Source: an uncultured Nitrososphaerales archaeon (GTDB lineage: Archaea > Thermoproteota > Nitrososphaeria > Nitrososphaerales > Gagatemarchaeaceae). Taken from it: DNA of 64,000 bases. The number at the start of each line of letters is the position of its first letter. Position 1 is the first letter of the stretch. The stretch is taken from the NCBI GenBank assembly GCA_963706445.1, contig OY970160.1, positions 1,152,001-1,216,000 of the forward strand, written 5' to 3'. Under the pieces are notes generated by a model. The model was not told the origin of the DNA. It did no database searches and saw nothing but the letters and a program-made list of their open reading frames with translations. Position numbers and translations under genes: made by a program. Below are positions 18,977-28,478 of this stretch, one piece after another.

Positions 18977-20416
18977 TCAGAGGATGCCGATGATGTAGGC
19001 AGCCGCAAGGCCGGTGGCGACACTCAACGCCATCAGAGCGATGGAAGGCAAGGTCTCCAAGAGCCCCCGCTTCGGAGGGGGGGTCCCTGACGGCGTGAGC
19101 ACCACCCTGTTTACAACTCGGTAATAGTACCCGATCGAGACGACGACATTCAGGAGGACCACGACCGCGAGCCAGGAGAATACTCCCGAAGCGGACAGCA
19201 AGGCTTGGATTATCAGGATCTCACTCCAGAACGTCCCGAAGGGGGGGGACCCGAGCATCGCTAGAGAGGACGCGGTGTAAAGCACCCCGAGAGTCCGGTC
19301 TTCGTGGCCGGCGCCCTCGAGCCTGTCGAGGTCGGCATCCTCGAACCCCTTGCGGCCGCCGACTCCGCTTAGAAGGAAGAAGTTCGATTTGACGAGCCCA
19401 TGATTCCAGATGTGGAAGGAGACGGCAATGAAGCCGAGGACGGTGAAGGTCGAGAGCGCCGCGAGCATGTACCCCATCTGAGCGATGGAGCTGAAGGCAA
19501 GCATGCGCCTGAGGTTCCCCTGGCCGAAGGCGCCGAGGTTACCTACGATCATGGTCATGACCGCCACCGCGACAAGAGCCAGCTGGACAACTTGGAAGCT
19601 CTGAGTGCCTGAGCCGACCAGAGGCTGGACCACCTTGAGCATCGCGAAGAGCAGGGTCTCATTCACCACCCTGCCGTGGAGCCCGCCGGTGAAGGCCGGG
19701 GCCGACCCGTATGCGTCAGGGAGCCAGGTGTGGACGGGGAAGAGCGCGACCTCGACCCCCAGACCAAGAAGGATCATCAGCATGCCGAGCAAACCCACTG
19801 GGCCGCCGGACTGGAGGACAGCCCCGAGGTCGGAGAGCCTTATGCTCCCCGTCGTCGTGTAGACGAGGCCCACCCCGTAGAGGTAGACCAGGCTCCCGGT
19901 GGCTGCCAGGAAGAAGTATTTCATCGCGGCCTCGAGTGATATGTCCCTCCGCTCGAAAGAGATGAGCCCATAGGCGGCTACGCTGAGGCCTTCCCAGAAG
20001 AGGAACAGGGTCAGGAGGTCCCCGGAAGAGATGACCCCCACCGAGGAGGCGACTAGGAGCATGAGCAGGGCGTAGAATGGACCGATGTTCTCCTTCGGGT
20101 CGAACGTCACCGCAGTGTAGACGGCGACGGCCGTCCCCGCGGCGAGGACCGCCAGTATAACCAGATTGCCGAGGCTCGTCACGACATAGACGCTGGCGAA
20201 TATCGACGAGATCGGCTGGATGATTAGGGCGCCTCCGCCCAGGATCTCCCCCCACCCTGTCAGCAGTTCGGCTGCGGAGAAGGCGAGGAGGGCCGCTGCC
20301 ATCGCGCCTATGATATGAGCCCTGTGTTTCCCGAACCTCCTTCCGGCCAGGTCTGCTATCATGGAGAGCATTGCTCCGGCGAAAAGCGCTTCCATGATGG
20401 TGAGCAGCCATGTCAT
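18977..20416 (-). CDS. Antiporter-like membrane subunit (NuoN/MrpD-like) of group 4 hydrogenase
   Basis: LFLFWE, EAAMKYF, FPVHTWLPDAY, RMLAFSSIAQMGY. Confidence 0.85.
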   Translation of the reverse strand: MTWLLTIMEALFAGAMLSMIADLAGRRFGKHRAHIIGAMAAALLAFSAAELLTGWGEILGGGALIIQPISSIFASVYVVTSLGNLVILAVLAAGTAVAVYTAVTFDPKENIGPFYALLMLLVASSVGVISSGDLLTLFLFWEGLSVAAYGLISFERRDISLEAAMKYFFLAATGSLVYLYGVGLVYTTTGSIRLSDLGAVLQSGGPVGLLGMLMILLGLGVEVALFPVHTWLPDAYGSAPAFTGGLHGRVVNETLLFAMLKVVQPLVGSGTQSFQVVQLALVAVAVMTMIVGNLGAFGQGNLRRMLAFSSIAQMGYMLAALSTFTVLGFIAVSFHIWNHGLVKSNFFLLSGVGGRKGFEDADLDRLEGAGHEDRTLGVLYTASSLAMLGSPPFGTFWSEILIIQALLSASGVFSWLAVVVLLNVVVSIGYYYRVVNRVVLTPSGTPPPKRGLLETLPSIALMALSVATGLAAAYIIGIL

Positions 20417-22147
20417 CTAGAGTGCCACCAAGACGGAGAGCAGGAGGATCGCTACTAAGGCTACGAGCAGGAGCAGCACGTTCCGCCCGAGGTCACCGGT
20501 CTGAATCTTGAGCGCGGAGCGGGCGAGGGGGTAGAACCCCCTTTGGACCAGGGCGGAGTAGGCGGCGTCGAAGCCGAGCCCTGCTTTCAGGGAGTTGGTC
20601 AGTCTGCCCATGGCCGAACCGCCTGAGACGAGCCTCTGCTCCAAGGTCGACCTGGAGACGAAGAAGAAGAACGCCAGTACAAGCGCCAGGGAGATCGCAG
20701 CGACAGACACGGCTGCGGCGGCCAACGACATCGTGGTCCCGAGCGGGGGAGCGAAGACCCCCTCCGAGGTCAGCAGGAGCCACCCCGCCACTGCCCCCAA
20801 CGAAAGGAGGACCATGGGGGCAAGCGTGAGTCTGCCCGACTCCGCGCCCTCGGTTCCCACCTTCCCATGGAACACCCTGAACAGAGCCCTGAACATGTAG
20901 AACGACGTCAGGGCGGAACCGAGGACAAGGGTGAGAAAGGCCCAGGTCCCGTAGGAAAGGGCTGATGCTGCGATGAACTCCTTGGTCCAGAACCCGAAAA
21001 ATGGAGGGAACCCAGCCATTGCGACGCTGGACGCCAGGAACGCCACGTAGGTGATCTTCATCCTTCCTGCCAGCCCACCGAGCATCGGCATCTCCCTGGT
21101 CCCTGTTGCCTCGACGACGGACCCTGCAGACATGAAGGCGAGCGCTTTGAAGACCCCTTGTCCGATCAGCTGGTACAACGCACCCGCCGGCGATCCTAGC
21201 CCCACGGCCGCGAACATGAGGCCGAGTTGGCTGATGGTGGAATAGGCTAGGACGCGCTTGATGTCGGTCGCGGCCGCGGCGCAGGCTCCGCCGACAAAGA
21301 GGCTCACCAGCCCGACCCCCAAGACCGGGCCGGAGAGGGTCGCAGGGGCCGCGAAGAGCGGGCTGAGCCTGACGAGGAGGTAGACTCCGGCGTTGACCAT
21401 GGTCGCGGCGTGTATCAGGGCGCTGACGGGGGTGGGGCCTTCCATGGCGTCTGGGAGCCAGACGTGGAGGGGGACCTGGGCCGACTTCCCCATCGAGCCG
21501 ATGAGCAAGAGGACCCCGACCAGGGTCCAGTTCACCCCTGAGCCGGGAGAATTGATCGAGGAAAGGACAGATGAAATGTCCGTAGTGTGGAGGCCGGTGT
21601 AGATCACGATGACTGCAATCAGGAGGGCTACGTCTCCTATCCTAGTCACCAGGAACGCCTTCAGCCCTGCCTTGCGCGCGGGCTCCCTGTCCCACCAGAA
21701 TGCTATCAGCAGGGCCGAGCAGATGCCGAGCACCTCCCAGAGCAGATAGAACTGGAGCAGGTTCCCTGCCATGACTAGACCCATCATCGCTCCGATGAAG
21801 ACCAGCATGAGGGCGTAGAAGCGCGCCTGTCCCTGCTCCCTCTCCATGTTTCCGGCCGCGTAGACCAGGATCACTAGAGAGAGGACTGAGACGAAGACCG
21901 CAAGTAGGACAGAGAGCCCGTCGACGTACACCTCAGCTTGGACGCCCTGGTAGAGCGACCACCCCCATAGGGTCCCCACGTAGGGCGCTGAGAAGGTGGC
22001 GGCCTGGTGTATGCTGAACAAGGCGGAAGCGGCGCTGACGACGATCGCGTACCATCTGCACCAGGAGCGCCTGAGCCTCTCCACCATCGGAACGAACAAC
22101 GCTCCGACCAGTGGGATGACCCAGACCAGCCAGGCGTCGGCGCTCAA
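20417..22147 (-). CDS. Antiporter-like membrane subunit (NuoL/MrpA-like)
   Basis: KAFLVTRIGD, KSAQVPLHVWLPDAMEGPTPVSALIHAATMV, KRVLAYSTISQLG. Confidence 0.9.
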   Translation of the reverse strand: MSADAWLVWVIPLVGALFVPMVERLRRSWCRWYAIVVSAASALFSIHQAATFSAPYVGTLWGWSLYQGVQAEVYVDGLSVLLAVFVSVLSLVILVYAAGNMEREQGQARFYALMLVFIGAMMGLVMAGNLLQFYLLWEVLGICSALLIAFWWDREPARKAGLKAFLVTRIGDVALLIAVIVIYTGLHTTDISSVLSSINSPGSGVNWTLVGVLLLIGSMGKSAQVPLHVWLPDAMEGPTPVSALIHAATMVNAGVYLLVRLSPLFAAPATLSGPVLGVGLVSLFVGGACAAAATDIKRVLAYSTISQLGLMFAAVGLGSPAGALYQLIGQGVFKALAFMSAGSVVEATGTREMPMLGGLAGRMKITYVAFLASSVAMAGFPPFFGFWTKEFIAASALSYGTWAFLTLVLGSALTSFYMFRALFRVFHGKVGTEGAESGRLTLAPMVLLSLGAVAGWLLLTSEGVFAPPLGTTMSLAAAAVSVAAISLALVLAFFFFVSRSTLEQRLVSGGSAMGRLTNSLKAGLGFDAAYSALVQRGFYPLARSALKIQTGDLGRNVLLLLVALVAILLLSVLVAL

Positions 22148-22452
22148 TGCCGGAGCTTCCTGACCTTCGACGGGTCAAGGGTGCCGTACTTCCTCTGGAC
22201 TCCCAAGACGATTGCCAGGCCCACCGCCTCCACTGCGGCGCCGACGGTGATCGATAGGAGGACAAAAGAATCGGTGGTGAGGCGGGAGCCAATGCCGAGC
22301 CCAGAAGCGAAGAGGGCGAGGTTCGCGCCGAAGAGGACCACCTGGAATGACATTATTGTCTTGACCAGGTTCTTCGACATGACGATCGAGGCGATCCCCA
22401 TGAACACCAGGATGGTGCCTGTAGAGAGCAGGGTCAGTGCGTCTGCCTGCAT
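22144..22452 (-). CDS. NuoK-like membrane subunit
   Basis: 3 TM, AAVEAVGLA, 102 aa. Confidence 0.75.
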   Translation of the reverse strand: MQADALTLLSTGTILVFMGIASIVMSKNLVKTIMSFQVVLFGANLALFASGLGIGSRLTTDSFVLLSITVGAAVEAVGLAIVLGVQRKYGTLDPSKVRKLRH

Positions 22453-22934
22453 TAGCTCTCCCTCGAGAACAGGTTAGTGATCGTGACCATGGCCGAGGCG
22501 AAGGCCATGACAAGGATGAGAAGGTCCCAGGGCCGCTGCTGCCAGATGAACAGGAGGACCCCGCTCGATATGTCCTGGTAGGGGTTCGGGTTCTCCGGCC
22601 CTCCAAGCCCCGTGACCAGGAGCAGGCCGACGGCGACGAAGACGAGGAGGGGAACTGCGAGCACAAGGACGCTCTTCCGCGCGCCTAGGTGCAGGGTCGA
22701 CTCCCCGGTGAGGAGAATCACAGTCAGCATCAGGACGGACACGGCGCCGGCGAACGTCGCCATCTGCAGGAGCCCGAGGAGCGAATCACCGAAAAGAACG
22801 AAGATCAGACCGAGGGAGAAGGAACCGTAGAAGAGCGCTATCAGGGAGCCGGAGACCTTCGGGGAGAAGAGGGCATACGCGCAGGCGCTAATCAGGGCTC
22901 CAGAAAGGAGGAGCGCCTGGAGTTCGTTAAACAC
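22452..22934 (-). CDS. NuoJ-like membrane subunit
   Basis: 5 TM, LQMATFAGAVSVL resembles NuoJ QxxxYxGA; lies between the I-like and K-like genes. Confidence 0.7.
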   Translation of the reverse strand: MFNELQALLLSGALISACAYALFSPKVSGSLIALFYGSFSLGLIFVLFGDSLLGLLQMATFAGAVSVLMLTVILLTGESTLHLGARKSVLVLAVPLLVFVAVGLLLVTGLGGPENPNPYQDISSGVLLFIWQQRPWDLLILVMAFASAMVTITNLFSRES

Positions 22935-23319
22935 CTTCGAGCGCCTTATCCATTCTGAGGGATTCTTTCCTGAAGACAGCCAGCTCGAATTCGTGAGTCA
23001 GAGTAAGGGCTCCGAACCGACAGTCGTCGACGCACTGCCCGCAGGAAATGCAGGAGTAGAGCTCGAACTTCGGGCGCTTGACGTCAAGGGTCCTGGTCCC
23101 CACTGTCTTCTTTCCGACCGTCACCATGGTGATGACCTCGGCGGGGCAGACTATCTCGCAGATGCTGCACCCAGTGCACTTCAAAGGGTCGATGTCGAGC
23201 TTCCCCCTGAACCTCTCGGTCACCACCTTCTTCCCGAAGGGGTACTCCTCGGTGACCGGTGTCTCCAGGGCCGTCCTGAACATCTCCCCGAGGGCTTCGC
23301 CTATCTTGTTTCTTGCCAT
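22927..23319 (-). CDS. NuoI/EchF-like 2x[4Fe-4S] subunit
   Basis: TEEYP..ERFRG, CTGCSICEIVCP, CISCGQCVDDC. Confidence 0.88.
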   Translation of the reverse strand: MARNKIGEALGEMFRTALETPVTEEYPFGKKVVTERFRGKLDIDPLKCTGCSICEIVCPAEVITMVTVGKKTVGTRTLDVKRPKFELYSCISCGQCVDDCRFGALTLTHEFELAVFRKESLRMDKALEGV

Positions 23320-23323
23320 GGTC

Positions 23324-24292
23324 TCACCGTATCACGATGGCCACGGCCAGCTGGGCGAGGCTGATCGGGGTAATCACCGTCCAGAAGAGCTTGGCTGCCT
23401 GGTCGATCCTTACCCTGGCGAGGGCCGTCCTGATGGCGAAGATGAGGAATCCGACCGCAAATAGCTTGACGAGAAAATAGACTCCGTAGATCGCGGCCTG
23501 GGCGCTCGAGTTGCCGAAGATGACTGGGCCCGAGGGGCCTCCAAGGAAGAGGCTGACAGCCAAGGCGGAGAGGAAGACGTAGCTCAAGTTCTTTGTAAGC
23601 TTGACGTAGGCGAGGGTGTTCCCAGAGAACTCGGTCATCCACCCACCGACTATCTCGGTCTTCGCGCTCGGGATGTCGAAGGGGGGCTTCTCAAGTTCGG
23701 CCAATGCCGAGACTATGAAGACAGCGAACGCCGCCGGAGCCAGGAAGATGTACCAGAGGCTCCCCTGGGCCGCGACTACTCCCTGGATGGAGATGTCTCC
23801 CGCCAGTACGGCAGGGGTGATCATGGAGAGAAGCAATGGGACCTCATAGCTGCTGTACTGGACGACGAGCCGACCAACGGCGATGGTCGAGTAGCGCCCC
23901 GCGGACGCGTAGCCGAGCATGGCCGCCATGAGAGTCGAAAAGGAGAGGAGGAAGAACATCACCAGGAGGTCGAGGGGCTGATAGAGGATAGACTGAAATC
24001 CAAGGACGGGGATGAAAGCGACACCGACTGCCGGGGCAGCGAAGTAGAGCGCCGGCCCCCACCTCAGCACGAAGGTGTCGGCGTACTCGGGGATTATCTC
24101 CTCCTTGGATGCGAGCTTGAAGAAGTCCGCGACGGGCTGCAGCAGGCCGAATGGACCAGTCACCACGGGACCGAGCCTCCCCTGCATCCGCGCAGCTGTC
24201 TTGCGTTCGAGCCACTCGAAGACGAAGGCCAGCCAGACGAAGAAGGTCAGCCCAGGAAAGACGAGGAGCTCGAAGACCTCGAGGGCGTTCAA
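23324..24292 (-). CDS. NuoH/EchB/HycD-like membrane subunit
   Basis: ERKTAARMQGRLGP, GLLQPVADFFKL, AELEKPPFD, EIVGGWMTEFSG; TTG 24292 overlaps the large-subunit stop. Confidence 0.88.
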   Translation of the reverse strand: MNALEVFELLVFPGLTFFVWLAFVFEWLERKTAARMQGRLGPVVTGPFGLLQPVADFFKLASKEEIIPEYADTFVLRWGPALYFAAPAVGVAFIPVLGFQSILYQPLDLLVMFFLLSFSTLMAAMLGYASAGRYSTIAVGRLVVQYSSYEVPLLLSMITPAVLAGDISIQGVVAAQGSLWYIFLAPAAFAVFIVSALAELEKPPFDIPSAKTEIVGGWMTEFSGNTLAYVKLTKNLSYVFLSALAVSLFLGGPSGPVIFGNSSAQAAIYGVYFLVKLFAVGFLIFAIRTALARVRIDQAAKLFWTVITPISLAQLAVAIVIR

Positions 24293-25524
24293 AGGAGCCT
24301 CCTGTAGTACTCGATGCCATACTCGCGGAGCTGCTCTCCCGTGAAGGCCCACTGCTTGGACTTGTCCAGATCGATGACGGAGACCCTGTCCATGCACCCG
24401 AAGCACGGGTCCATGCCTGTGAGGACGATGGGGACGTCGGCAAGGGGGCGCCCCTTGAGCATCTCGGTGGCCGTGAGAAGGTTCGCCATGGTGGGGGTCC
24501 TGATCTTGACGCGAGCCGGAGAGCTGAGCCCCTCGGACTTTGAGTAGTAGAACAGCTCACCCCTGGGCGCTTCGACGTGGAAGGCGGAGTCCCCGGCCGG
24601 GACAGATCGGGGCACCGGGGTCCTGAACGGACCCGACGGGAGTTTCTCCATGGCCACCCTGATCATTCTGCAGGAATCTAGGACCTCCCCCATCCTCAGG
24701 GAGAGCAGCGATGCGATGTCTCCGTCGGTGCGGAATTGGACTTCAGGGGGCACCTCGTCGTAGGCGGCGTAGGGGTCCTCTGCCCTCACGTCCCGGGCTA
24801 TGCCCGTTGAACGGAGGAGCGGCCCGACCGGGCAGAGCCTCCTCGCGGCGTCCTGGGTGATCGTCCCGACCCCCTTCGTCCTCACTGAAAGGGTCCGCTC
24901 TGAGCTGACGAGTTCGTCGTAATACTTCACCCTCTTTTCGATGAAGCTCATTTCGGCGAGTAACTTGTCCTTGATGTCGTCGGGGAGGTCCTTCCTCACC
25001 CCGCCGAAGGTGGCGTAGGACTTGTGTATCCTGTTCCCCGTGATAGCTTCGGAGAGGTCGAGGACGTGCTCCCTGTCTTTCCACACCCACATGAACAGGG
25101 TGTCGAATCCCGCCCAGTGGCCCACCAGCCCGAGCCAGAGCAGGTGCGAGTGAATCCGCTCGAGCTCCGCCACCACGAGGCGGATGTACTTCGCGCGCCG
25201 GGGGACCTCGAACTTCGAAAGCGCCTCCACTCCCTGGGTGAAGCAAATACTATGGGCGAAGCTGCAGATGCCGCAGATCCTTTCGAACAGGTAGATGTCC
25301 TTCACCCATGTCCTCTCCTGGGCGGCCCGCTCGATCCCTCGGTGGACGTAGCCTATCCTGGGGATGACCTCCTTGATTTTCTCCCCTTCCAGCACGAGCC
25401 GGAAATACTCTGGTTCCTTTAGCGAAGGATGGACGGGCCCGAAGGGCATCATGCTCTCCGGGGAGTACTGCATCAGCCCGGCTCCGGCTTCGCTCTTTTC
25501 CTCGGAGGGCTTTCCGCTACTCAA
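24289..25524 (-). CDS. Group 4 [NiFe]-hydrogenase large (catalytic) subunit
   Basis: Ni-binding L1 ERICGICS and L2 DPCFGCMDR followed by a cleavable C-terminal extension; GPVHP, EAPRGE. Confidence 0.92.
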   Translation of the reverse strand: MSSGKPSEEKSEAGAGLMQYSPESMMPFGPVHPSLKEPEYFRLVLEGEKIKEVIPRIGYVHRGIERAAQERTWVKDIYLFERICGICSFAHSICFTQGVEALSKFEVPRRAKYIRLVVAELERIHSHLLWLGLVGHWAGFDTLFMWVWKDREHVLDLSEAITGNRIHKSYATFGGVRKDLPDDIKDKLLAEMSFIEKRVKYYDELVSSERTLSVRTKGVGTITQDAARRLCPVGPLLRSTGIARDVRAEDPYAAYDEVPPEVQFRTDGDIASLLSLRMGEVLDSCRMIRVAMEKLPSGPFRTPVPRSVPAGDSAFHVEAPRGELFYYSKSEGLSSPARVKIRTPTMANLLTATEMLKGRPLADVPIVLTGMDPCFGCMDRVSVIDLDKSKQWAFTGEQLREYGIEYYRRLL

Positions 25525-25984
25525 GCTTCATCCTCTTCCTTATGGTTTCGGGGTCGGCTTCAGCTCGCAATGGGGGCGGCAGGTCATCGGGGTAGTCGTC
25601 AGGGAGGAGGAGCCTCTTCCCGGTGTAGGGGTTCCCTACGAAGGTGACGCCGAAGAGGTCGCGTATCTCCGCCTCGTACAAGACGGCCGACGGGAGAGAC
25701 GCTGCGATCGACTGGATTTCGGGTTTCTTCTTGGAGACCTTGGTCCTCACGGAGACGAAAGACCGACCCTTCCAGAAGTGGTAGGTTAGCTCGATGTCCT
25801 CCCAGATGTCGACGGCCGTGATGGTGGTCAGATGGTAGAATCCCTCGAACGAGGCCACACTCAGACATGCGTCAAGCACCCTGGCCGGATCAACCAAGAT
25901 CACGGTGGAGTTCATGGACTTCGACGTCTTTCCCTTGAGCTTCCTGGCCAAGGATTCGATTTCTTCACTGGACAATGGGCTCAC
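25517..25984 (-). CDS. NuoC/EchD-like subunit
   Basis: YEAEIRDLFGVTFVGNP, LLLPDDYP..PPLR. Confidence 0.85.
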   Translation of the reverse strand: MSPLSSEEIESLARKLKGKTSKSMNSTVILVDPARVLDACLSVASFEGFYHLTTITAVDIWEDIELTYHFWKGRSFVSVRTKVSKKKPEIQSIAASLPSAVLYEAEIRDLFGVTFVGNPYTGKRLLLPDDYPDDLPPPLRAEADPETIRKRMKLE

Positions 25985-26429
25985 CTGCCACAGGGTCCCT
26001 GGGCTCTCCTGTGACCAGCTTGAGAATGCCGAATATGATTGCCTCCGGCCTGGGGGGACAGCCGGGGATGTAGAGGTCCACTGGGATGACGGTGTCGATG
26101 CCGTGGCCGACGTTGTAGCACCCCTTCATCACGCCTCCGCCGAGGGCGCAGGCGCCCACGGCTACGACCCGCCGAGGGTTGGGCATCTGCTCGTACACCT
26201 CCCTCAACCGGTCTCTCATCAGCGGGTTGGTGGTCCCGGTCACCAGGAGGACGTCGGCATGTCTGGGGCTAGGGACCAGTTCCACCCCTAACCGCTCTGC
26301 GTCATACCTCGGGGTCAGCGACGCGAGTATCTCGATGTCGCACCCGTTGCAGGAGGCGGCGTTCACGTGGAAGACCCAGATCGACCGTTTCCTCGCCCAC
26401 TGGGTCAGTCCGGTCCTAAAGCTCGCCAC
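25965..26429 (-). CDS. [NiFe]-hydrogenase small subunit (NuoB/EchC-like)
   Basis: SCNGCDIE (CxxC rather than the NuoB CC), SPRHAD, GACA, PGCPPRP. Confidence 0.9.
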   Translation of the reverse strand: MASFRTGLTQWARKRSIWVFHVNAASCNGCDIEILASLTPRYDAERLGVELVPSPRHADVLLVTGTTNPLMRDRLREVYEQMPNPRRVVAVGACALGGGVMKGCYNVGHGIDTVIPVDLYIPGCPPRPEAIIFGILKLVTGEPRDPVAGEPIVQ

Positions 26430-26760
26430 CCCCCACGTACAGGAACCACCACACGGTTATGGTCAGGACCGCGCCTCCTCCGATGAGGAAAAGCAGGGGG
26501 TAGAACGTCCCATACGAGAGGTATGAGCCCGCAAGGAGGAGGGCGAACGCCTCCACCACCAGGAAAAGGGCGGCGAAGACGAAGAGGCTTGACTTGTAGG
26601 TCCCCCTGACTGGGACCGACTCCTCTCCGCCTGTGAACGGCTGGTATCTGAGTCCTTTCCCGGACGACCGAGATCCAAGCCTCCCGACCAGAGAGAGGAC
26701 GACTATGTCCGCGACTATGATTATGACAGGCCCGAGCAGAGCGTCATAGACGTCAGACAT
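26416..26760 (-). CDS. NuoA-like membrane subunit
   Basis: 3 TM, loop YQPFTGGE, FLVVE; first structural gene of the operon. Confidence 0.6.
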   Translation of the reverse strand: MSDVYDALLGPVIIIVADIVVLSLVGRLGSRSSGKGLRYQPFTGGEESVPVRGTYKSSLFVFAALFLVVEAFALLLAGSYLSYGTFYPLLFLIGGGAVLTITVWWFLYVGGGEL

Positions 26761-27268
26761 CTGTTGTCCTCACCAGGCTGACGACTTCGGCGACGAGCAT
26801 CTCCACTGACCTTCTTACTCGGTCGGTCAGGCCCTCCCCGACCTCAAGGGATTCAGGTTCTATCCCAATGACGGAGATTTCCCTCTCACGTCCCGTTGCT
26901 CCGGGGATCAGCCTGAGGGGCACGTTGTGTGTCCCGAAGAAACTGTATTTTACGTCGTCGAGCGACGCGCAGAAGATCCTGCCGGCGGTCTTGCCCGCCT
27001 CGACAGCGTCGAAGATGACCACGCCTTCGGGTCTTGGTATTTTCGAAAGGGTGCGCTCAGGCGCGCCTGGAGAGTGGACCTTCACTCCAGGGTGGGAAGT
27101 GCCGCGGAGTGCCCTCTGAAGGGAGTTTACGGCTTCTATCCCCGCCCCGTCGTCTCTCCTGAGGGTGTTGCCCACTCCGACGAAGTTCAGCGGCCTGGGC
27201 GAAGCTGAAATCCGCCTCCTTACTTCTTCCTGCCAGCCAACCGGCTCAGGTTTGTTCATCGGGGCCAC
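26753..27268 (-). CDS. hycI: Hydrogenase maturation endopeptidase
   Basis: GVGNTLRRDDGAG, PE, DAV, THNVPL, GIEP. Confidence 0.85.
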   Translation of the reverse strand: MAPMNKPEPVGWQEEVRRRISASPRPLNFVGVGNTLRRDDGAGIEAVNSLQRALRGTSHPGVKVHSPGAPERTLSKIPRPEGVVIFDAVEAGKTAGRIFCASLDDVKYSFFGTHNVPLRLIPGATGREREISVIGIEPESLEVGEGLTDRVRRSVEMLVAEVVSLVRTTDV

Positions 27269-27620
27269 CCTCCCATCTGATCACCTTGAGCTCTACCTCC
27301 ATCCCTGATTTCACCTTCAGTGGGGCCCCGCACTCCGGGCAAGCGAAGACAGGGTCCACGTGGTGGTGGCCTTTCGTGGCGAAGTGGCCCTCGAAGTTGC
27401 AGCTCGAGCACGAGACCACCCCTCTGGCGAACACAACCTTGAGGGTTGACCCTTCCGCCTTCGTCCCCTTCGAGAGGACGGAATATGCAGAACTCAGAGA
27501 ATCTCTTGTCAGCCCCAGCAGTTCCCCGACCTCGACCTCCACTGCCCGAGGCTTCTTTCCTCGGCCCGACTGGTCTAGGACGGTCTGAAGTATCCTGTCG
27601 GCGTAGACGTACTCGTGCAT
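27246..27620 (-). CDS. hypA: Hydrogenase nickel incorporation protein
   Basis: MHE N-terminus, two CxxC (CSSC, CPEC). Confidence 0.9.
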   Translation of the reverse strand: MHEYVYADRILQTVLDQSGRGKKPRAVEVEVGELLGLTRDSLSSAYSVLSKGTKAEGSTLKVVFARGVVSCSSCNFEGHFATKGHHHVDPVFACPECGAPLKVKSGMEVELKVIRWEGGPDEQT

Positions 27621-27763
27621 CGGCCAACGAGGGCTGCGGATGGATATTTATCGTAAGCACCGACGGAGACTCCCGAATCGTTGGCATTGGTCAACCCGGA
27701 ATCGACCGCCGATGGTCATCCAAGATAAGGAATCACACGATTCCCAACAGTGGGAACCTCTGG

Positions 27764-28249
27764 CTATGAGGCGAGTTCAGCCAAGAACTTCTTGTGCATG
27801 CGAACGGCCGCCTTCACTACGCCGTCCCACCCCTTCCGTTCCGCCTTCCCCTTCGTCGTCAGGCCGTGCATGACCCCATAGAGGTCGTCTAGGTCGGCGG
27901 CGGCGATCCCGACCCTGTCGACGGTGGCGACCAGTTCTGGGTTCTCGACGTTCAGCTGGTAGCCGTTCTTCAGGAGAAAGGCGAGCCCTGCGACCAGGGC
28001 CGTCCTCTTGTTGCCGGCGCGGAAGTACTGCCCCCTTGCGATGTCGTAGACGAGGAGCGCAGCTTTGGCGGAGACCGCCTCCTTGAACTCCTGGTTATCG
28101 GCCCTCTGCTCGACCTCCTTGACCAGGGCCTCGAGCTTCTTGCCGTCGGCTTCCGAATAGCTGTGCGTCTCCCCCGAAAGGCCCACGACCTCCCTGTTCA
28201 CCCCTACCAGGGTGTCGAGGTCCATGTGGTGGACGCTCTTCTTCGCCAC
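27764..28249 (-). CDS. Fic/Doc family protein with degenerate motif
   Basis: KAALLVY...QYFRAGNKRTA..FLLKNGY compared with canonical HxFxDGNKR. Confidence 0.75.
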   Translation of the reverse strand: MAKKSVHHMDLDTLVGVNREVVGLSGETHSYSEADGKKLEALVKEVEQRADNQEFKEAVSAKAALLVYDIARGQYFRAGNKRTALVAGLAFLLKNGYQLNVENPELVATVDRVGIAAADLDDLYGVMHGLTTKGKAERKGWDGVVKAAVRMHKKFLAELAS

Positions 28250-28448
28250 GGGCGTTCGCGCAAACGCCTCCGATATAACCGATTGAAAATGGGTGCCCGC
28301 CCTTCCGTTAGGGCAGCGGAAGTCTCCTTCGATCTGGAATATTCTACTTTGTCTATCTCAGACTATGCGGCGCCGCATGGGATGGGGATCCGAGAAGTCA
28401 TGGGACGTAATCGGACGCCTTGATGAGGCAGATGAGACGGGACAAGGC

Positions 28449-28456
28449 TTTTATAT
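28449..28456 (+). promoter_or_regulatory. Archaeal TATA box of the xdh-like operon
   Basis: TTTTATAT ending 23 nt before the probable TTG start at 28479. Confidence 0.55.
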
Positions 28457-28478
28457 TTTTGAAGGGTTCAGACGTACC

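Noticed and set aside
18977-26760. Respiratory complex I (nuo) operon
   Set aside because: The D-like subunit has both Ni-binding CxxC motifs and a cleavable tail, and hycI and hypA are in the operon.
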